Shown: positions 34,459-43,352 of the stretch, in pieces
Layout of the letters: every line of letters starts with the position of its first letter
How positions within the stretch are numbered: the first letter of the stretch is position 1
DNA from: a virus
Taxonomy: Duplodnaviria; Caudoviricetes
Strand: one strand, 5' to 3'
IMG/VR virus record: IMGVR_UViG_3300020050_014713
Span: 1 to 64,000 of that record
DNA: 64,000 bases
Position numbers and translations under genes: made by a program
Notes under the pieces: model-generated
Databases searched by the model: none
What the model saw: the letters and a program-made list of their open reading frames with translations, nothing else
What the model was told of the DNA's origin: nothing

Positions 34459-34748
34459 TTTGCGCCATCTGGAAATATCTCAGGGTCTTCGTCTTCCCAC
34501 TCATTTACTTCGTATGGTGAGTTATCAGGATGTTTACAGTAAGCTCTTTGTTGCGCTGCGTAATCGGCGTGTGCCCAAGAGCTTAAATGTTTAAACTTGG
34601 AATTGACAGTCTTAGGAGGTAACATTCCAGCGTTTTCCATTAGTTCTAGAAGACGCTCTGTGGTTTCTTTACTCATGTAAAGATCGTAATTATGTTCAAC
34701 ATCTTGAATGTATTCCCACATTAATTCTAGCATTTCAGAACGCTTCAC
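34455..34748 (-). CDS. hypothetical protein (MKRS...GMLPP...WE.ED family)
   Basis: Paralog of 36936-37169. Confidence 0.65.
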   Translation of the reverse strand: MKRSEMLELMWEYIQDVEHNYDLYMSKETTERLLELMENAGMLPPKTVNSKFKHLSSWAHADYAAQQRAYCKHPDNSPYEVNEWEDEDPEIFPDGAK

Positions 34749-34965
34749 TGTCTACCTCATTTATAATTAGCTCTTCAAAAAATTCAAAGTCACTTTTGGC
34801 GTTTTGCGAACGAATATAGAGATTTCGGTACTCAACTGGTAAAGTTTCCTCTACACAATGCTTATAAAACCTAAGAGCTACCAATTCATCAGTAAAAAAG
34901 TGTCTAAATTTTGGACTATCACACTTTACTAAAAATAAATTAGGTTTCATTTTCTTTTCCACCAT
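34735..34965 (-). CDS. hypothetical protein
   Basis: Packed. Confidence 0.55.
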   Translation of the reverse strand: MVEKKMKPNLFLVKCDSPKFRHFFTDELVALRFYKHCVEETLPVEYRNLYIRSQNAKSDFEFFEELIINEVDSEAF

Positions 34966-35156
34966 TTTACGTCTTCAGTTTTAATAGTTACATATTCAAA
35001 TTGATTATAAGCCTTGCCAATGTATTGAACCAAGTTATCTTTCTTTCGAAGATATCTAACCTTGCATTTATAGCCGGTGCTACATGGATACACTGCCATT
35101 ATATGCAGATACAAGTCTGAGTGTGCTGCAGTGTGAATCCAGTAACCTACTGTCAT
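34947..35156 (-). CDS. hypothetical protein
   Basis: Coupled. Confidence 0.6.
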   Translation of the reverse strand: MTVGYWIHTAAHSDLYLHIMAVYPCSTGYKCKVRYLRKKDNLVQYIGKAYNQFEYVTIKTEDVKWWKRK

Positions 35157-35335
35157 TTTTTATTTTCTAAATAGTTGGTTTTGAATGCTGGAGGAAGTGC
35201 AACTCCCTTGCCATAATGTTTTTTTAGACGCTTATAGAGCTTATAGTTATCCCTGTCATTTTTATCAGCCTTTAGGTTAATAGCTTTGCCTTCACGAGCG
35301 TCATAACGTAAGATCTTAGCTTTACTTGCGCGCAT
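35153..35335 (-). CDS. small basic protein
   Basis: Packed. Confidence 0.55.
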   Translation of the reverse strand: MRASKAKILRYDAREGKAINLKADKNDRDNYKLYKRLKKHYGKGVALPPAFKTNYLENKK

Positions 35336-35336
35336 T

Positions 35337-35585
35337 TTAATCTCCCTTTTCTTCAGTAATGTACTCTACCCACGATGTGCGGATAGTAGTAAGATATTGT
35401 TTATTATTATAAGTTGTTTCAATAGTGATAAACTCATTTTCTAGCAAATCCATACCAAAGAAGCATTCAAAATCTTCAGTAAGGTAGCCGTCTAGTGTTA
35501 CATCTGACAGCTTTATGCTAATTTTTCTGCGTACTGTAGGCGGTTGTTTATTATCTGATCCACCATTTTTAAATATCTCAAGCAT
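35337..35585 (-). CDS. hypothetical protein
   Basis: Coupled. Confidence 0.6.
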   Translation of the reverse strand: MLEIFKNGGSDNKQPPTVRRKISIKLSDVTLDGYLTEDFECFFGMDLLENEFITIETTYNNKQYLTTIRTSWVEYITEEKGD

Positions 35586-35812
35586 TAGTTTAACCCGGAA
35601 ATAGAAATAGTTTTAAAGCTCATATCTACCTTACTAATATACTCAACAGCTTCTTGCTTATAGATTTCAGCAGATTCTTTAGACATAAAAGCATCAATTG
35701 TCTTAAAAGCTTCCATAAGAACTGAGTACCTAGTATCCGTAGATAGCTGAGAATCTACTGCAAACCTATACCGTTGCATATAATTTGAGATATCAAATAC
35801 TTCAGTTGACAT
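35585..35812 (-). CDS. hypothetical protein
   Basis: Packed. Confidence 0.55.
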   Translation of the reverse strand: MSTEVFDISNYMQRYRFAVDSQLSTDTRYSVLMEAFKTIDAFMSKESAEIYKQEAVEYISKVDMSFKTISISGLN

Positions 35813-35981
35813 AACCCACCAAATTCCTAAAAATTGCAGTTCCTAAAAGTGAAAATAAAATTGCCAAGATAATTCCTAAGCTAATTCTAGTTCCAGTTAC
35901 TTTTTCATCCAGGCGAACTAATTGTCTAGCCAATATACCAGACATAAACCCTATAACGCCGTGTGCTAGTAGGAAAATCAT
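35802..35981 (-). CDS. 59-aa two-TM protein (not in ORF track)
   Basis: MIFLLAHGVIGFMSGILARQLV...IILAILFSLLGTAIF; ATGA overlap. Confidence 0.6.
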   Translation of the reverse strand: MIFLLAHGVIGFMSGILARQLVRLDEKVTGTRISLGIILAILFSLLGTAIFRNLVGYVN

Positions 35982-36184
35982 TCGGATTCCCCAAGAATTT
36001 TAACTTCGTCTACATTCAACAGACGTTTATACATCTCTTTTACCATAAAAATAGAATCTTCAATAGAGTCAATGGTGTTTACCACCTTGTCTTTCCGTAT
36101 CATAAACCTAAGCATCTCATTGCATTGGTTTCCAAAAACTAGGATATCCTGTTTGTTTGAAATTGTAAATACCTTCTTGCTCAT
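35978..36184 (-). CDS. hypothetical protein
   Basis: Coupled. Confidence 0.6.
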   Translation of the reverse strand: MSKKVFTISNKQDILVFGNQCNEMLRFMIRKDKVVNTIDSIEDSIFMVKEMYKRLLNVDEVKILGESE

Positions 36185-36786
36185 AAGACCCTCATTATTT
36201 TTTCAAGTGTATTTTCATCATTTTCAATAACCGTAAAATCTACTCCACAGGCTTGTAACTGCTTGGTAATGAAACCGTCTAGAGCATTAGCAGCATCCTC
36301 AGTTTCGTATCTACCTACTTGAACATACGGTACAGTACGTTTAAGCATAAAATTTTTGTAGGTAACTCCGTTATTGGAGGCTTGGCGCATAATTGTACGA
36401 GCAATGTCAGTAGTGCTTTGGTTGTTATTGTAGTGGTTATGGTAGATAGCCGGGAGCAGGAGTGGGCAATCCGTAATTAGGTAGTCAGTAGTGTTGTATA
36501 GCTCGTACTCGGAAACTGCTTGCTTGGAAAATATCTTAATTTGATCAAACATTTGGATGGGCTTACCCATTCTTGCCATACGTTTTACGTATTCAGTAAT
36601 TAGTTCGCAGTCTTTATTGGCAAGTTTTAAACGATAGAAAAGACCTGCGGCAGTAGTACTTTTGCCACTTGCTGGTGCCCCAAAGAGGTTAATTACACAA
36701 GTTCTATTCATCCCACTCTTCCTCTTCCTCAGGTTCCTCATAACTAGTATAATGCTCAAAATCTTCGTAGTCAATCTGATTTTCAT
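36181..36786 (-). CDS. NadR/Ttd14-like P-loop nucleotide kinase
   Basis: INLFGAPASGKSTTA, TEYVK, ITDCPL, GRYET; start probably MNRT. Confidence 0.75.
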   Translation of the reverse strand: MKIRLTTKILSIILVMRNLRKRKSGMNRTCVINLFGAPASGKSTTAAGLFYRLKLANKDCELITEYVKRMARMGKPIQMFDQIKIFSKQAVSEYELYNTTDYLITDCPLLLPAIYHNHYNNNQSTTDIARTIMRQASNNGVTYKNFMLKRTVPYVQVGRYETEDAANALDGFITKQLQACGVDFTVIENDENTLEKIMRVL

Positions 36787-36943
36787 CTAAAGATGGAGCG
36801 TATCTAACTTGGTTATTTTTACGCACATTAAAATCAAAGGATTTACAGCAAGTTCCGCAGAATAGTCGCTCGTTCTTTTCTGCCCATTCCTGGTCAACCT
36901 CTACCTCACTGTTACAAAAAGGGCAATAGGTTACGCTACTCAT
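36704..36943 (-). CDS. zinc-ribbon protein with acidic tail
   Basis: CPFC...CGTC. Confidence 0.7.
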   Translation of the reverse strand: MSSVTYCPFCNSEVEVDQEWAEKNERLFCGTCCKSFDFNVRKNNQVRYAPSLDENQIDYEDFEHYTSYEEPEEEEEWDE

Positions 36944-37169
36944 CTTCAGGTTCCCAGTAAGAAAAAATCTCTACTTCTCGTCCTTGATGTTCTTTTTTGT
37001 TTTTATCATATTTTTTCCCACTTGCCATCAGCCCGGCATAGCACGGAGGTTTCATTCCAAGTTTTTGTAAAATATCAATTGTTTCCTCGGCTTGTTCTTT
37101 AGTAACCAAGGAGGAACTTTTTGCAAGAAGGGTTTTAATGGCGTCACTCTTTTTCATTATGCGCCTCAA
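36936..37169 (-). CDS. hypothetical protein (MKKS...GMKPP...WEPED family)
   Basis: Paralog of 34455-34748. Confidence 0.65.
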   Translation of the reverse strand: MRRIMKKSDAIKTLLAKSSSLVTKEQAEETIDILQKLGMKPPCYAGLMASGKKYDKNKKEHQGREVEIFSYWEPEDE

Positions 37170-37482
37170 GTTTAGCTAATTTTGCTTGTGCAGATTCAAT
37201 GGCTGCTCTAAGTCTAGCAATTTCTCGTTTCTTAGAAGATTTTATTTCTATAGGTCCTGCAGGAAGGTTTAAAATACATGTATCTCCAGGATTGCCATAG
37301 ATACTTACTGCCTCGGAAAGTAATAATTGGTAGATATTTTCAGAAAATGTAATACTATCAATTTCACCACTATATTTACCAATTTCATTGGAAAATTCTG
37401 CAAGTATATTTAATATTGTATTATTTGACATATGTAAACTCCATAGGTTTATTGGTTGCAAAATATTTTTCATTGCAAACAC
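37144..37482 (-). CDS. hypothetical protein
   Basis: Start probably MSNN. Confidence 0.6.
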   Translation of the reverse strand: MFAMKNILQPINLWSLHMSNNTILNILAEFSNEIGKYSGEIDSITFSENIYQLLLSEAVSIYGNPGDTCILNLPAGPIEIKSSKKREIARLRAAIESAQAKLAKLEAHNEKE

Positions 37483-38053
37483 TTGAGTTTATAATAGTAG
37501 TCCAATTGTGATCAATCTGACCATAAGACCCGTGAATGTGCCCACAGACGGCATACTTAGGCTTTACTTCATCTATATATTTTCTAATATATCTACAACC
37601 AACATGAGTTCCATCTTCTAGTTTATCTAGTAAACCATATGCTGGACAGTGTGTAACCAGCACGTCGCAATCTGGGGCACTATCCCAAAAATTAGCCCTG
37701 CGTCCATCAACTTCATTAAAATACCAATTGCCAAAAACAGGCTGGATTGCTGATCCAAAAAATCTAATGCCTTCAAATTCAATTAGCTCATTATGCAACA
37801 GAGTCCAGCCATATTGCTCTGCGATTTGTTTTGCAAATCCAGGGCTTTCTTGAAATAATCCATCGTGGTTTCCTGGTGTTATAAATTTCTTACGAAAATT
37901 AGTTCCAGCTAGACCTAGCTTAAGTGTTTCAAACGCTTCAACAATTTCATGAAAATTTCCACGAAAAGCTAAATCGCCGGAATGTATAACAATATCTCCA
38001 TCTGGAATTATAACGTATCGTAGGTGCGTGTCGCTCAAAGTTACAATTTGCAT
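37421..38053 (-). CDS. metallophosphoesterase (MPPED/Icc-like)
   Basis: LSDTH, IHSGD, PGNHD, LVTHCP, CGHIH. Confidence 0.9.
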   Translation of the reverse strand: MQIVTLSDTHLRYVIIPDGDIVIHSGDLAFRGNFHEIVEAFETLKLGLAGTNFRKKFITPGNHDGLFQESPGFAKQIAEQYGWTLLHNELIEFEGIRFFGSAIQPVFGNWYFNEVDGRRANFWDSAPDCDVLVTHCPAYGLLDKLEDGTHVGCRYIRKYIDEVKPKYAVCGHIHGSYGQIDHNWTTIINSSVCNEKYFATNKPMEFTYVK

Positions 38054-38054
38054 A

Positions 38055-39116
38055 TTATTTATCCAATAGAGTTTTGTTCTCTTCCCGTCCTGCTGCTGTA
38101 ATTTTAACCCACTTAGCTTTATTTTGCAACTCTCTAATGTTCCTAGCCCCGCTGTAGCTTAGCCCAGAACGTAAGCCGCCAATAATGTCTTGCATAATAG
38201 CATCTGAGGCAGCTTTGTCTTTGTAAGGAACCATAGTTGAAATTCCTTCTGCTGTTTTCTGACTTCCACCTTTACCGTGGTCTTGATATACTTCGGCACT
38301 AGCCATTCCCCTATAGATTTTATGCAGTGGTAAGCAATTAGGATGTAGATTATCGTAATCTTTTAAATCTCTAAGTTTTTGCTCATCAAGTCCTCTTACC
38401 TCTCCGGGAGTGTGATATGTTCCGGACAACATAGAACCGACCATGACATAGTCACAGCCTGCTGCAAAAGCCTTAACAATGTCTGCCGGTTTCTTCAATC
38501 CGCCATCAGCCACGCAACTATTATTAGGAACTGCGCTGGAACATTCAAAAATTGCTTCTAATTGAGGATACCCATGCCCTGTTTTAGACCTTGTAGAACA
38601 AGCCGCCCCACTCCCAATACCAATTTTTACAATGTCTGCACCAGAATCTACTAGAAACTTAGCGCCGTCTGCACTTGCTACGTTTCCGGCAATAACTGTA
38701 AGATGCGGGTAGAAGGACTTTACAAACTGCAAAGTCTTTCCCATTTGCTTACAATGTCCATGCGCTACATCTACCACAATAGTTTTAACACCAGCTTCTA
38801 CTAGGAATTCAAGCCTAATTTCATCATTAAATCCAATACTAGCAATAGTATTTTCGGGGCACTTCTGGAAAATCTTAACGTTTTCTTGTGGCGTCATGAA
38901 CCTATGCATACTGGCAGCAGCGCCGTAAGTGTTTAACCAATGGGCTAAATCGGGTGAAAAAATAGTATCCATATTTGCGGAAATAATTGGCAAGTCTAAT
39001 TTAAATTTACCGCACTTACTCGTAGAGCTAGTATCTACATCTGCTCTAGAAGCAATATCTGAGTATTGAGGCTGTAGCAATACGTCGTCAAAGGTAAGCG
39101 CAGTCTTAATTTCCAC
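38055..39116 (-). CDS. IMP dehydrogenase/GMP reductase family enzyme, no CBS domain
   Basis: LTFDDVLL, PIISANMD, VDVAHGH, GNVA, GIGSGAACSTR..TG.GYPQ, ADGG, YRGMAS, GLRSGLSY. Confidence 0.92.
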   Translation of the reverse strand: MEIKTALTFDDVLLQPQYSDIASRADVDTSSTSKCGKFKLDLPIISANMDTIFSPDLAHWLNTYGAAASMHRFMTPQENVKIFQKCPENTIASIGFNDEIRLEFLVEAGVKTIVVDVAHGHCKQMGKTLQFVKSFYPHLTVIAGNVASADGAKFLVDSGADIVKIGIGSGAACSTRSKTGHGYPQLEAIFECSSAVPNNSCVADGGLKKPADIVKAFAAGCDYVMVGSMLSGTYHTPGEVRGLDEQKLRDLKDYDNLHPNCLPLHKIYRGMASAEVYQDHGKGGSQKTAEGISTMVPYKDKAASDAIMQDIIGGLRSGLSYSGARNIRELQNKAKWVKITAAGREENKTLLDK

Positions 39117-39376
39117 TATAGTTCTCCAATGTATACACAGTTTTCTTCGTAGTAGGATGAATTAGAACGCTCTAGCATATCTTCAGATACACCTCCACCA
39201 AAATTAGCCTCGATCTTAATATACCTATATCTGACGGCGGTTCCAGATTCTCGACACAAAAGAGTTGTTACAATGTACATCTGATGGAATAATGTGTCAT
39301 AGTATACTTTCTCGGTTTTATATAAGATATCTTTCATTTGTAGCCTTTTGTATAAGGGCACCAGGATTTGCCGCAA
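39116..39376 (-). CDS. hypothetical protein
   Basis: Coupled; ends VYIGEL. Confidence 0.6.
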   Translation of the reverse strand: MRQILVPLYKRLQMKDILYKTEKVYYDTLFHQMYIVTTLLCRESGTAVRYRYIKIEANFGGGVSEDMLERSNSSYYEENCVYIGEL

Positions 39377-39648
39377 GGATTATCTCCGCAAAATTCACAA
39401 GCACTCTCTTTTTTAGTAGATTTAATCCTTACGCTATCTGGTACTAAAGCAAGGGCGCACCACTCTTCGGGATTTTCTGGACAAAACTCACAGGCGGCGG
39501 TGCATCGATATTTAGACTGTATTTTTTCAATAGATATTGAACCTGCTGGGTGCCTAAGTTGATATTTAATAAATTCTTCGCATTCACGTTCATGTTGTTC
39601 TTCTGAGTCGCATCCATCTAATGCAATGTCAACAATAAATTTAGGCAT
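39334..39648 (-). CDS. Cys-rich hypothetical protein
   Basis: Duplicated ACEFC-x-ENP motif. Confidence 0.6.
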   Translation of the reverse strand: MPKFIVDIALDGCDSEEQHERECEEFIKYQLRHPAGSISIEKIQSKYRCTAACEFCPENPEEWCALALVPDSVRIKSTKKESACEFCGDNPCGKSWCPYTKGYK

Positions 39649-39668
39649 ACTACCTTTAGGTATAAAAT

Positions 39669-39875
39669 TTAAGTATCTAAGTTATTGTCTAAAAATTCTT
39701 TAAATTTATCTAATATAAAATTTCTACACTCCAATATTGAGTCAAAAGATACTGGGTTTCTGTTAATATCTATATAATTAATCCAGTCTTTGTGCATAGT
39801 TTTCATCTGAGGATAAAATTTACCTTGACGCTTTCTAATCTTAAATTTAAAATTCATTTCAAACTTTTTGTTCAA
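39669..39875 (-). CDS. hypothetical protein
   Basis: Packed. Confidence 0.55.
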   Translation of the reverse strand: MNKKFEMNFKFKIRKRQGKFYPQMKTMHKDWINYIDINRNPVSFDSILECRNFILDKFKEFLDNNLDT

Positions 39876-40245
39876 TGGTTTTTGGAACCGCTAACTGAAA
39901 TACAAGCTTACCACGTTTTTCAAACTCTCGTATAACATGCTTGCTACCATTAGAACCATTGTGAATTACCAATAATACATCTGAATATTCTGCAATGGTT
40001 TCATTACGTTTTAACGGAGCAACATTACCTGGAAACTTATCATACTCTGGCTTAAACTCTGTAAATTTATAACGATACTTTGTTGCAAAGTTCCTAGCAG
40101 CAGTATCAATGCCCTCTGCCCCTCCAGAAACAAATTCCCAATCTTTAACTTGAGCATTAGTAAAGGTATTTACAATGTGAATAAGAGCTAGTACATCGTC
40201 TGCAAATAGTTTAATTTTACGGCTGCCACAAATAGCAAATTTCAT
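39859..40245 (-). CDS. SLOG-superfamily (YspA/DprA-like) protein
   Basis: AICGSR, VSGGAEGID, APLKRN, GS.GS. Confidence 0.8.
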   Translation of the reverse strand: MKFAICGSRKIKLFADDVLALIHIVNTFTNAQVKDWEFVSGGAEGIDTAARNFATKYRYKFTEFKPEYDKFPGNVAPLKRNETIAEYSDVLLVIHNGSNGSKHVIREFEKRGKLVFQLAVPKTIEQKV

Positions 40246-40598
40246 AGAAACATTCCTTTTACGCCTGCTTCAGTGGTGTAGTAGACCTTTTTTATTCCCG
40301 CTTCTACCAACATCGAATGGCAGTATTGGCAGGGTTTAGCCATAGCCATATTCCCGTTACGGTCCTCGCGATAAACATATATCGTACAGCCTTTCAAACT
40401 TTGTCTAGCAGAAATAACAGAAACCATTTCGCTATGTAAGCATTTATATGGACTAGTGGATCTACTGTGCGTCTTAAGCTTATTGTAACCTTTAGAAATT
40501 TCAGTAGATTTTCGAACAATTACGCTGCCTACTCGGGCTTTATGATGGCTAGATTTTAGAGATTCTTTCCTAGCACGCTCGAAAAACTTAAACTTCAT
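40242..40598 (-). CDS. cytidine/dCMP deaminase-fold protein
   Basis: HSE and PCQYC zinc ligands; VGSVI, GYN. Confidence 0.85.
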   Translation of the reverse strand: MKFKFFERARKESLKSSHHKARVGSVIVRKSTEISKGYNKLKTHSRSTSPYKCLHSEMVSVISARQSLKGCTIYVYREDRNGNMAMAKPCQYCHSMLVEAGIKKVYYTTEAGVKGMFL

Positions 40599-40726
40599 AT
40601 TTTCCCCGCCATCCTGGCAAGAATACCTATAGTTACAATCTCACATAGCAGACCTACAGGATATGCCACTGCAATAAATATACGGTTCTTACTACGCAGT
40701 GCAAAATAAAATAACAGAGTTCCCAT
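40595..40726 (-). CDS. 43-aa hydrophobic peptide (not in ORF track)
   Basis: Overlaps both neighbours by TAATG and ATGA coupling. Confidence 0.55.
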   Translation of the reverse strand: MGTLLFYFALRSKNRIFIAVAYPVGLLCEIVTIGILARMAGKI

Positions 40727-40944
40727 TAATTTGGTCCCCTAAGCAAAACTTGACATTGCCCAAACAAATACTGAAATTGCTCTTTAAGTTCTTTTTCGTT
40801 TTGTTTTTCAATAAAACAGGTATTTAATAATACTTGGTGTTTGTTATTTAAAATATTATCTTTAAATCCAAGCTTATATCCCCAAGCTCCAATAATTACA
40901 TGACTTAAAAATAAAGAGATGGTGGCAATCAATACAAATTTCAT
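40726..40944 (-). CDS. small exported or membrane protein
   Basis: Hydrophobic N-terminus. Confidence 0.55.
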   Translation of the reverse strand: MKFVLIATISLFLSHVIIGAWGYKLGFKDNILNNKHQVLLNTCFIEKQNEKELKEQFQYLFGQCQVLLRGPN

Positions 40945-41405
40945 GCATTTCCTAGGTCAGCTTTACATTCTGGACATACCCAAAAACTAAGGGATTTTGA
41001 TAAGTGGTTTTTATATTTCTTAGGATGCATACATCCAAGTTCTTTTGCTTTAATAGTACGGTTAAACATCGTGATAGCAGCACCAGGAACATTGTAACTA
41101 AGCCTACTAAGATGTGTATTATCGTACATAAATTCAAATAAGGCATCGCTATCGTTTCCCCAAAGAGACAAGTCTTCTAGTAGGTATTCGAATAGCTGGT
41201 TAATGGGCTTTTCTACACTATTGTGCTCATCGCTAAAGTATGCCCATGGGATTTCTTTATACCCTTCAATCCAGCCGCTATTTCCGTTTATTGAACACCA
41301 GCTAATGTACTCTTCTTCGTCGGATATTAGCGTATGGGAAATAGACCCATAGGCTATGTCTTTTGACCTAAGAATAATTGGGTATTTTTTAAAGCTGTTG
41401 CTCAT
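40941..41405 (-). CDS. hypothetical protein with C-terminal zinc ribbon
   Basis: CMH...WVCPECK. Confidence 0.65.
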   Translation of the reverse strand: MSNSFKKYPIILRSKDIAYGSISHTLISDEEEYISWCSINGNSGWIEGYKEIPWAYFSDEHNSVEKPINQLFEYLLEDLSLWGNDSDALFEFMYDNTHLSRLSYNVPGAAITMFNRTIKAKELGCMHPKKYKNHLSKSLSFWVCPECKADLGNA

Positions 41406-41715
41406 TATTTATACTTTTTAATTTGTTAATAAAAGCAATAAATTGATAGGATGGCAAAATATCGTTTTTTTTATGGTTACATCTGTTACAACAAAGTACT
41501 AAATTTTCCAGTTTATTAGAACCGCCCTTAGAAAGAGGCACTACATGGTCGATTGTCATTGTAAGGTCACATCTATCAGTATGTCCTGGTTTTTGCTGAA
41601 TCATTTCTACGTTGCAATAGAAACACAACTTACCAAATTTACTAAGAAGCGACCGGACCTTCCTACGCTTTTCTTTTGCGCCTAGTTTGCTTGCTTTTTT
41701 TGGCAGATTTGACAT
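41389..41715 (-). CDS. small HNH endonuclease
   Basis: CFYC, TIDHVVPLSKGG.N..NLVLCCNRCNHKK. Confidence 0.9.
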   Translation of the reverse strand: MSNLPKKASKLGAKEKRRKVRSLLSKFGKLCFYCNVEMIQQKPGHTDRCDLTMTIDHVVPLSKGGSNKLENLVLCCNRCNHKKNDILPSYQFIAFINKLKSINNEQQL

Positions 41716-41800
41716 ACGCTAAAATTCCTCCGCACTCATCATCTCCACACATAGCATACCACACATATATATATGCTTTCCAAATTTCTTAAAAGAAACA

Positions 41801-42097
41801 TTATCCCAGTTTATTCTTTTTAATCCTATTAGTTTTTGTAACTTTTCTTTTTGTTTTTTTGTTACTATTTTCATTTTTCAAATACTTTAGAATGTTTTCT
41901 AGTTTTCCATCGTTATCTGGATGGGACAATAGATAGGGGATATTTACTCCGTATGCTATGCACGCAGCGTACAAGTCTCCAAGAGCTTCTCGCAACTCTT
42001 GGTTTTCAATAACTATTGACTCAATCGTTACTTTATTCTTTTGTGGTTTTGCTATCATATTCTTTTTTCTCAGTAAGTAAGTGAGATAGCATTTCAA
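41801..42097 (-). CDS. hypothetical protein, basic tail
   Basis: Start probably MIAK. Confidence 0.55.
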   Translation of the reverse strand: MKCYLTYLLRKKNMIAKPQKNKVTIESIVIENQELREALGDLYAACIAYGVNIPYLLSHPDNDGKLENILKYLKNENSNKKTKRKVTKTNRIKKNKLG

Positions 42098-42284
42098 AAT
42101 GAGGGTTAGTAGGTTTTATCAGTAGGCTAAGGGATTTAAAGATCAATTTTACATCTTCAAGGGTTTGAACCTTATCTGCGTCTACTACATAGATTGTATT
42201 GACAGCAGCGTGCCTCCTAGCTTCCTGAACAATTTCACTAATTGGCTTACTCTTGTCCTGACTCATCTTCCCCTCCTGCAGCAT
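42033..42284 (-). CDS. hypothetical protein
   Basis: Start probably MSQD. Confidence 0.55.
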   Translation of the reverse strand: MLQEGKMSQDKSKPISEIVQEARRHAAVNTIYVVDADKVQTLEDVKLIFKSLSLLIKPTNPHFEMLSHLLTEKKEYDSKTTKE

Positions 42285-42600
42285 TTCCTAGAATATCGAT
42301 TAGGTCCTGTTGGCATTGAAGCCTATCAGCCTCTTGCTCATATTGATTACAAAACTCTGTAATGCTTTCCAAGTCTAGCTCTACTTTAAGCTTGTAGTAG
42401 TCTAAATAATCTTGAAAACACTGCTCTTCGGCAATAGCATCTTCCGGATATCTGTTGGCACAAAATTGTCCGGCAGCTTCTAGGTCCGGTCCAAGTGTTA
42501 CTTTAGTTTCAGGTCCTTCCTTAGGAAGCTTAACCTTAAAATCCATACCACAACCTACTAAAAACACGAGGCTACTTAAGAATAAAATTGTCTGTTTCAC
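42247..42600 (-). CDS. lipoprotein, acidic, with Cys pairs
   Basis: Lipobox LVGC; repeated FC...C. Confidence 0.7.
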   Translation of the reverse strand: MKQTILFLSSLVFLVGCGMDFKVKLPKEGPETKVTLGPDLEAAGQFCANRYPEDAIAEEQCFQDYLDYYKLKVELDLESITEFCNQYEQEADRLQCQQDLIDILGNAAGGEDESGQE

Positions 42601-43351
42601 TAAATACCTGCCTGACAGGGTGATCTTGTTCTGGAAAATAATTGTTGACTATGTGAGCAATGTATCGTTTTCCATACTTACGCTCAAGAATATAATCGCA
42701 TATTTTAGCACCTAAGCCAAATATAAAGTTTTCTTTTTTCAAAGTGTAAAATTTAAAGGCAGCTAGATGGGTACCGTCGTTTTGTAAATGCCTTAGAGTA
42801 AATTCCTTGCCGTCCTTCCTACGGTAGGTTTCAGCATACCCGGCAAAAATAGGTTCTGTTTTAATTTTTACTGGAAACTGCAGTACGTTATCTAAACGCT
42901 CGTACCAAATAGGTCTTGTTTTAACCCCTTTATAAGCCGAATAGAGGCTTTGTAACGTAGGTAGTAGGGTGATGGGGGTTAGAAGCCATTTAAGGGGTTT
43001 TGGGGCTAATAGATAGGCATAGAGGGCAGTATCCCAGGGTCGGAACAAGCCGGTATTCCATATTAGTGGTAGGAATTTAATCTTTTTCCTATAGTATGGC
43101 ATATCAAACTGGTAAGTGGCTAGTATTAGATAGGTGCTGTTGTCATGGCTAGCTTTTGGAATATATAAGCCATAAATATCCTGGTTTGCTCCAATGTGAG
43201 TAAATAGATTAGTTTTTGCAAACCTAAGAGAATTGTCTGTTACCTTCTCACCAATGGCATATTGAGTAGTGTAGATAATGTTATTAAAGCTTTCTACGTT
43301 ACGCTGAGGCTTTAAACCCATTGTGCTGTCAAAAAATGCCATTTCTATCAT
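42572..43351 (-). CDS. hypothetical protein
   Basis: 259-aa ORF with a central hydrophobic stretch. Confidence 0.7.
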   Translation of the reverse strand: MIEMAFFDSTMGLKPQRNVESFNNIIYTTQYAIGEKVTDNSLRFAKTNLFTHIGANQDIYGLYIPKASHDNSTYLILATYQFDMPYYRKKIKFLPLIWNTGLFRPWDTALYAYLLAPKPLKWLLTPITLLPTLQSLYSAYKGVKTRPIWYERLDNVLQFPVKIKTEPIFAGYAETYRRKDGKEFTLRHLQNDGTHLAAFKFYTLKKENFIFGLGAKICDYILERKYGKRYIAHIVNNYFPEQDHPVRQVFSETDNFILK

Positions 43352-43352
43352 A

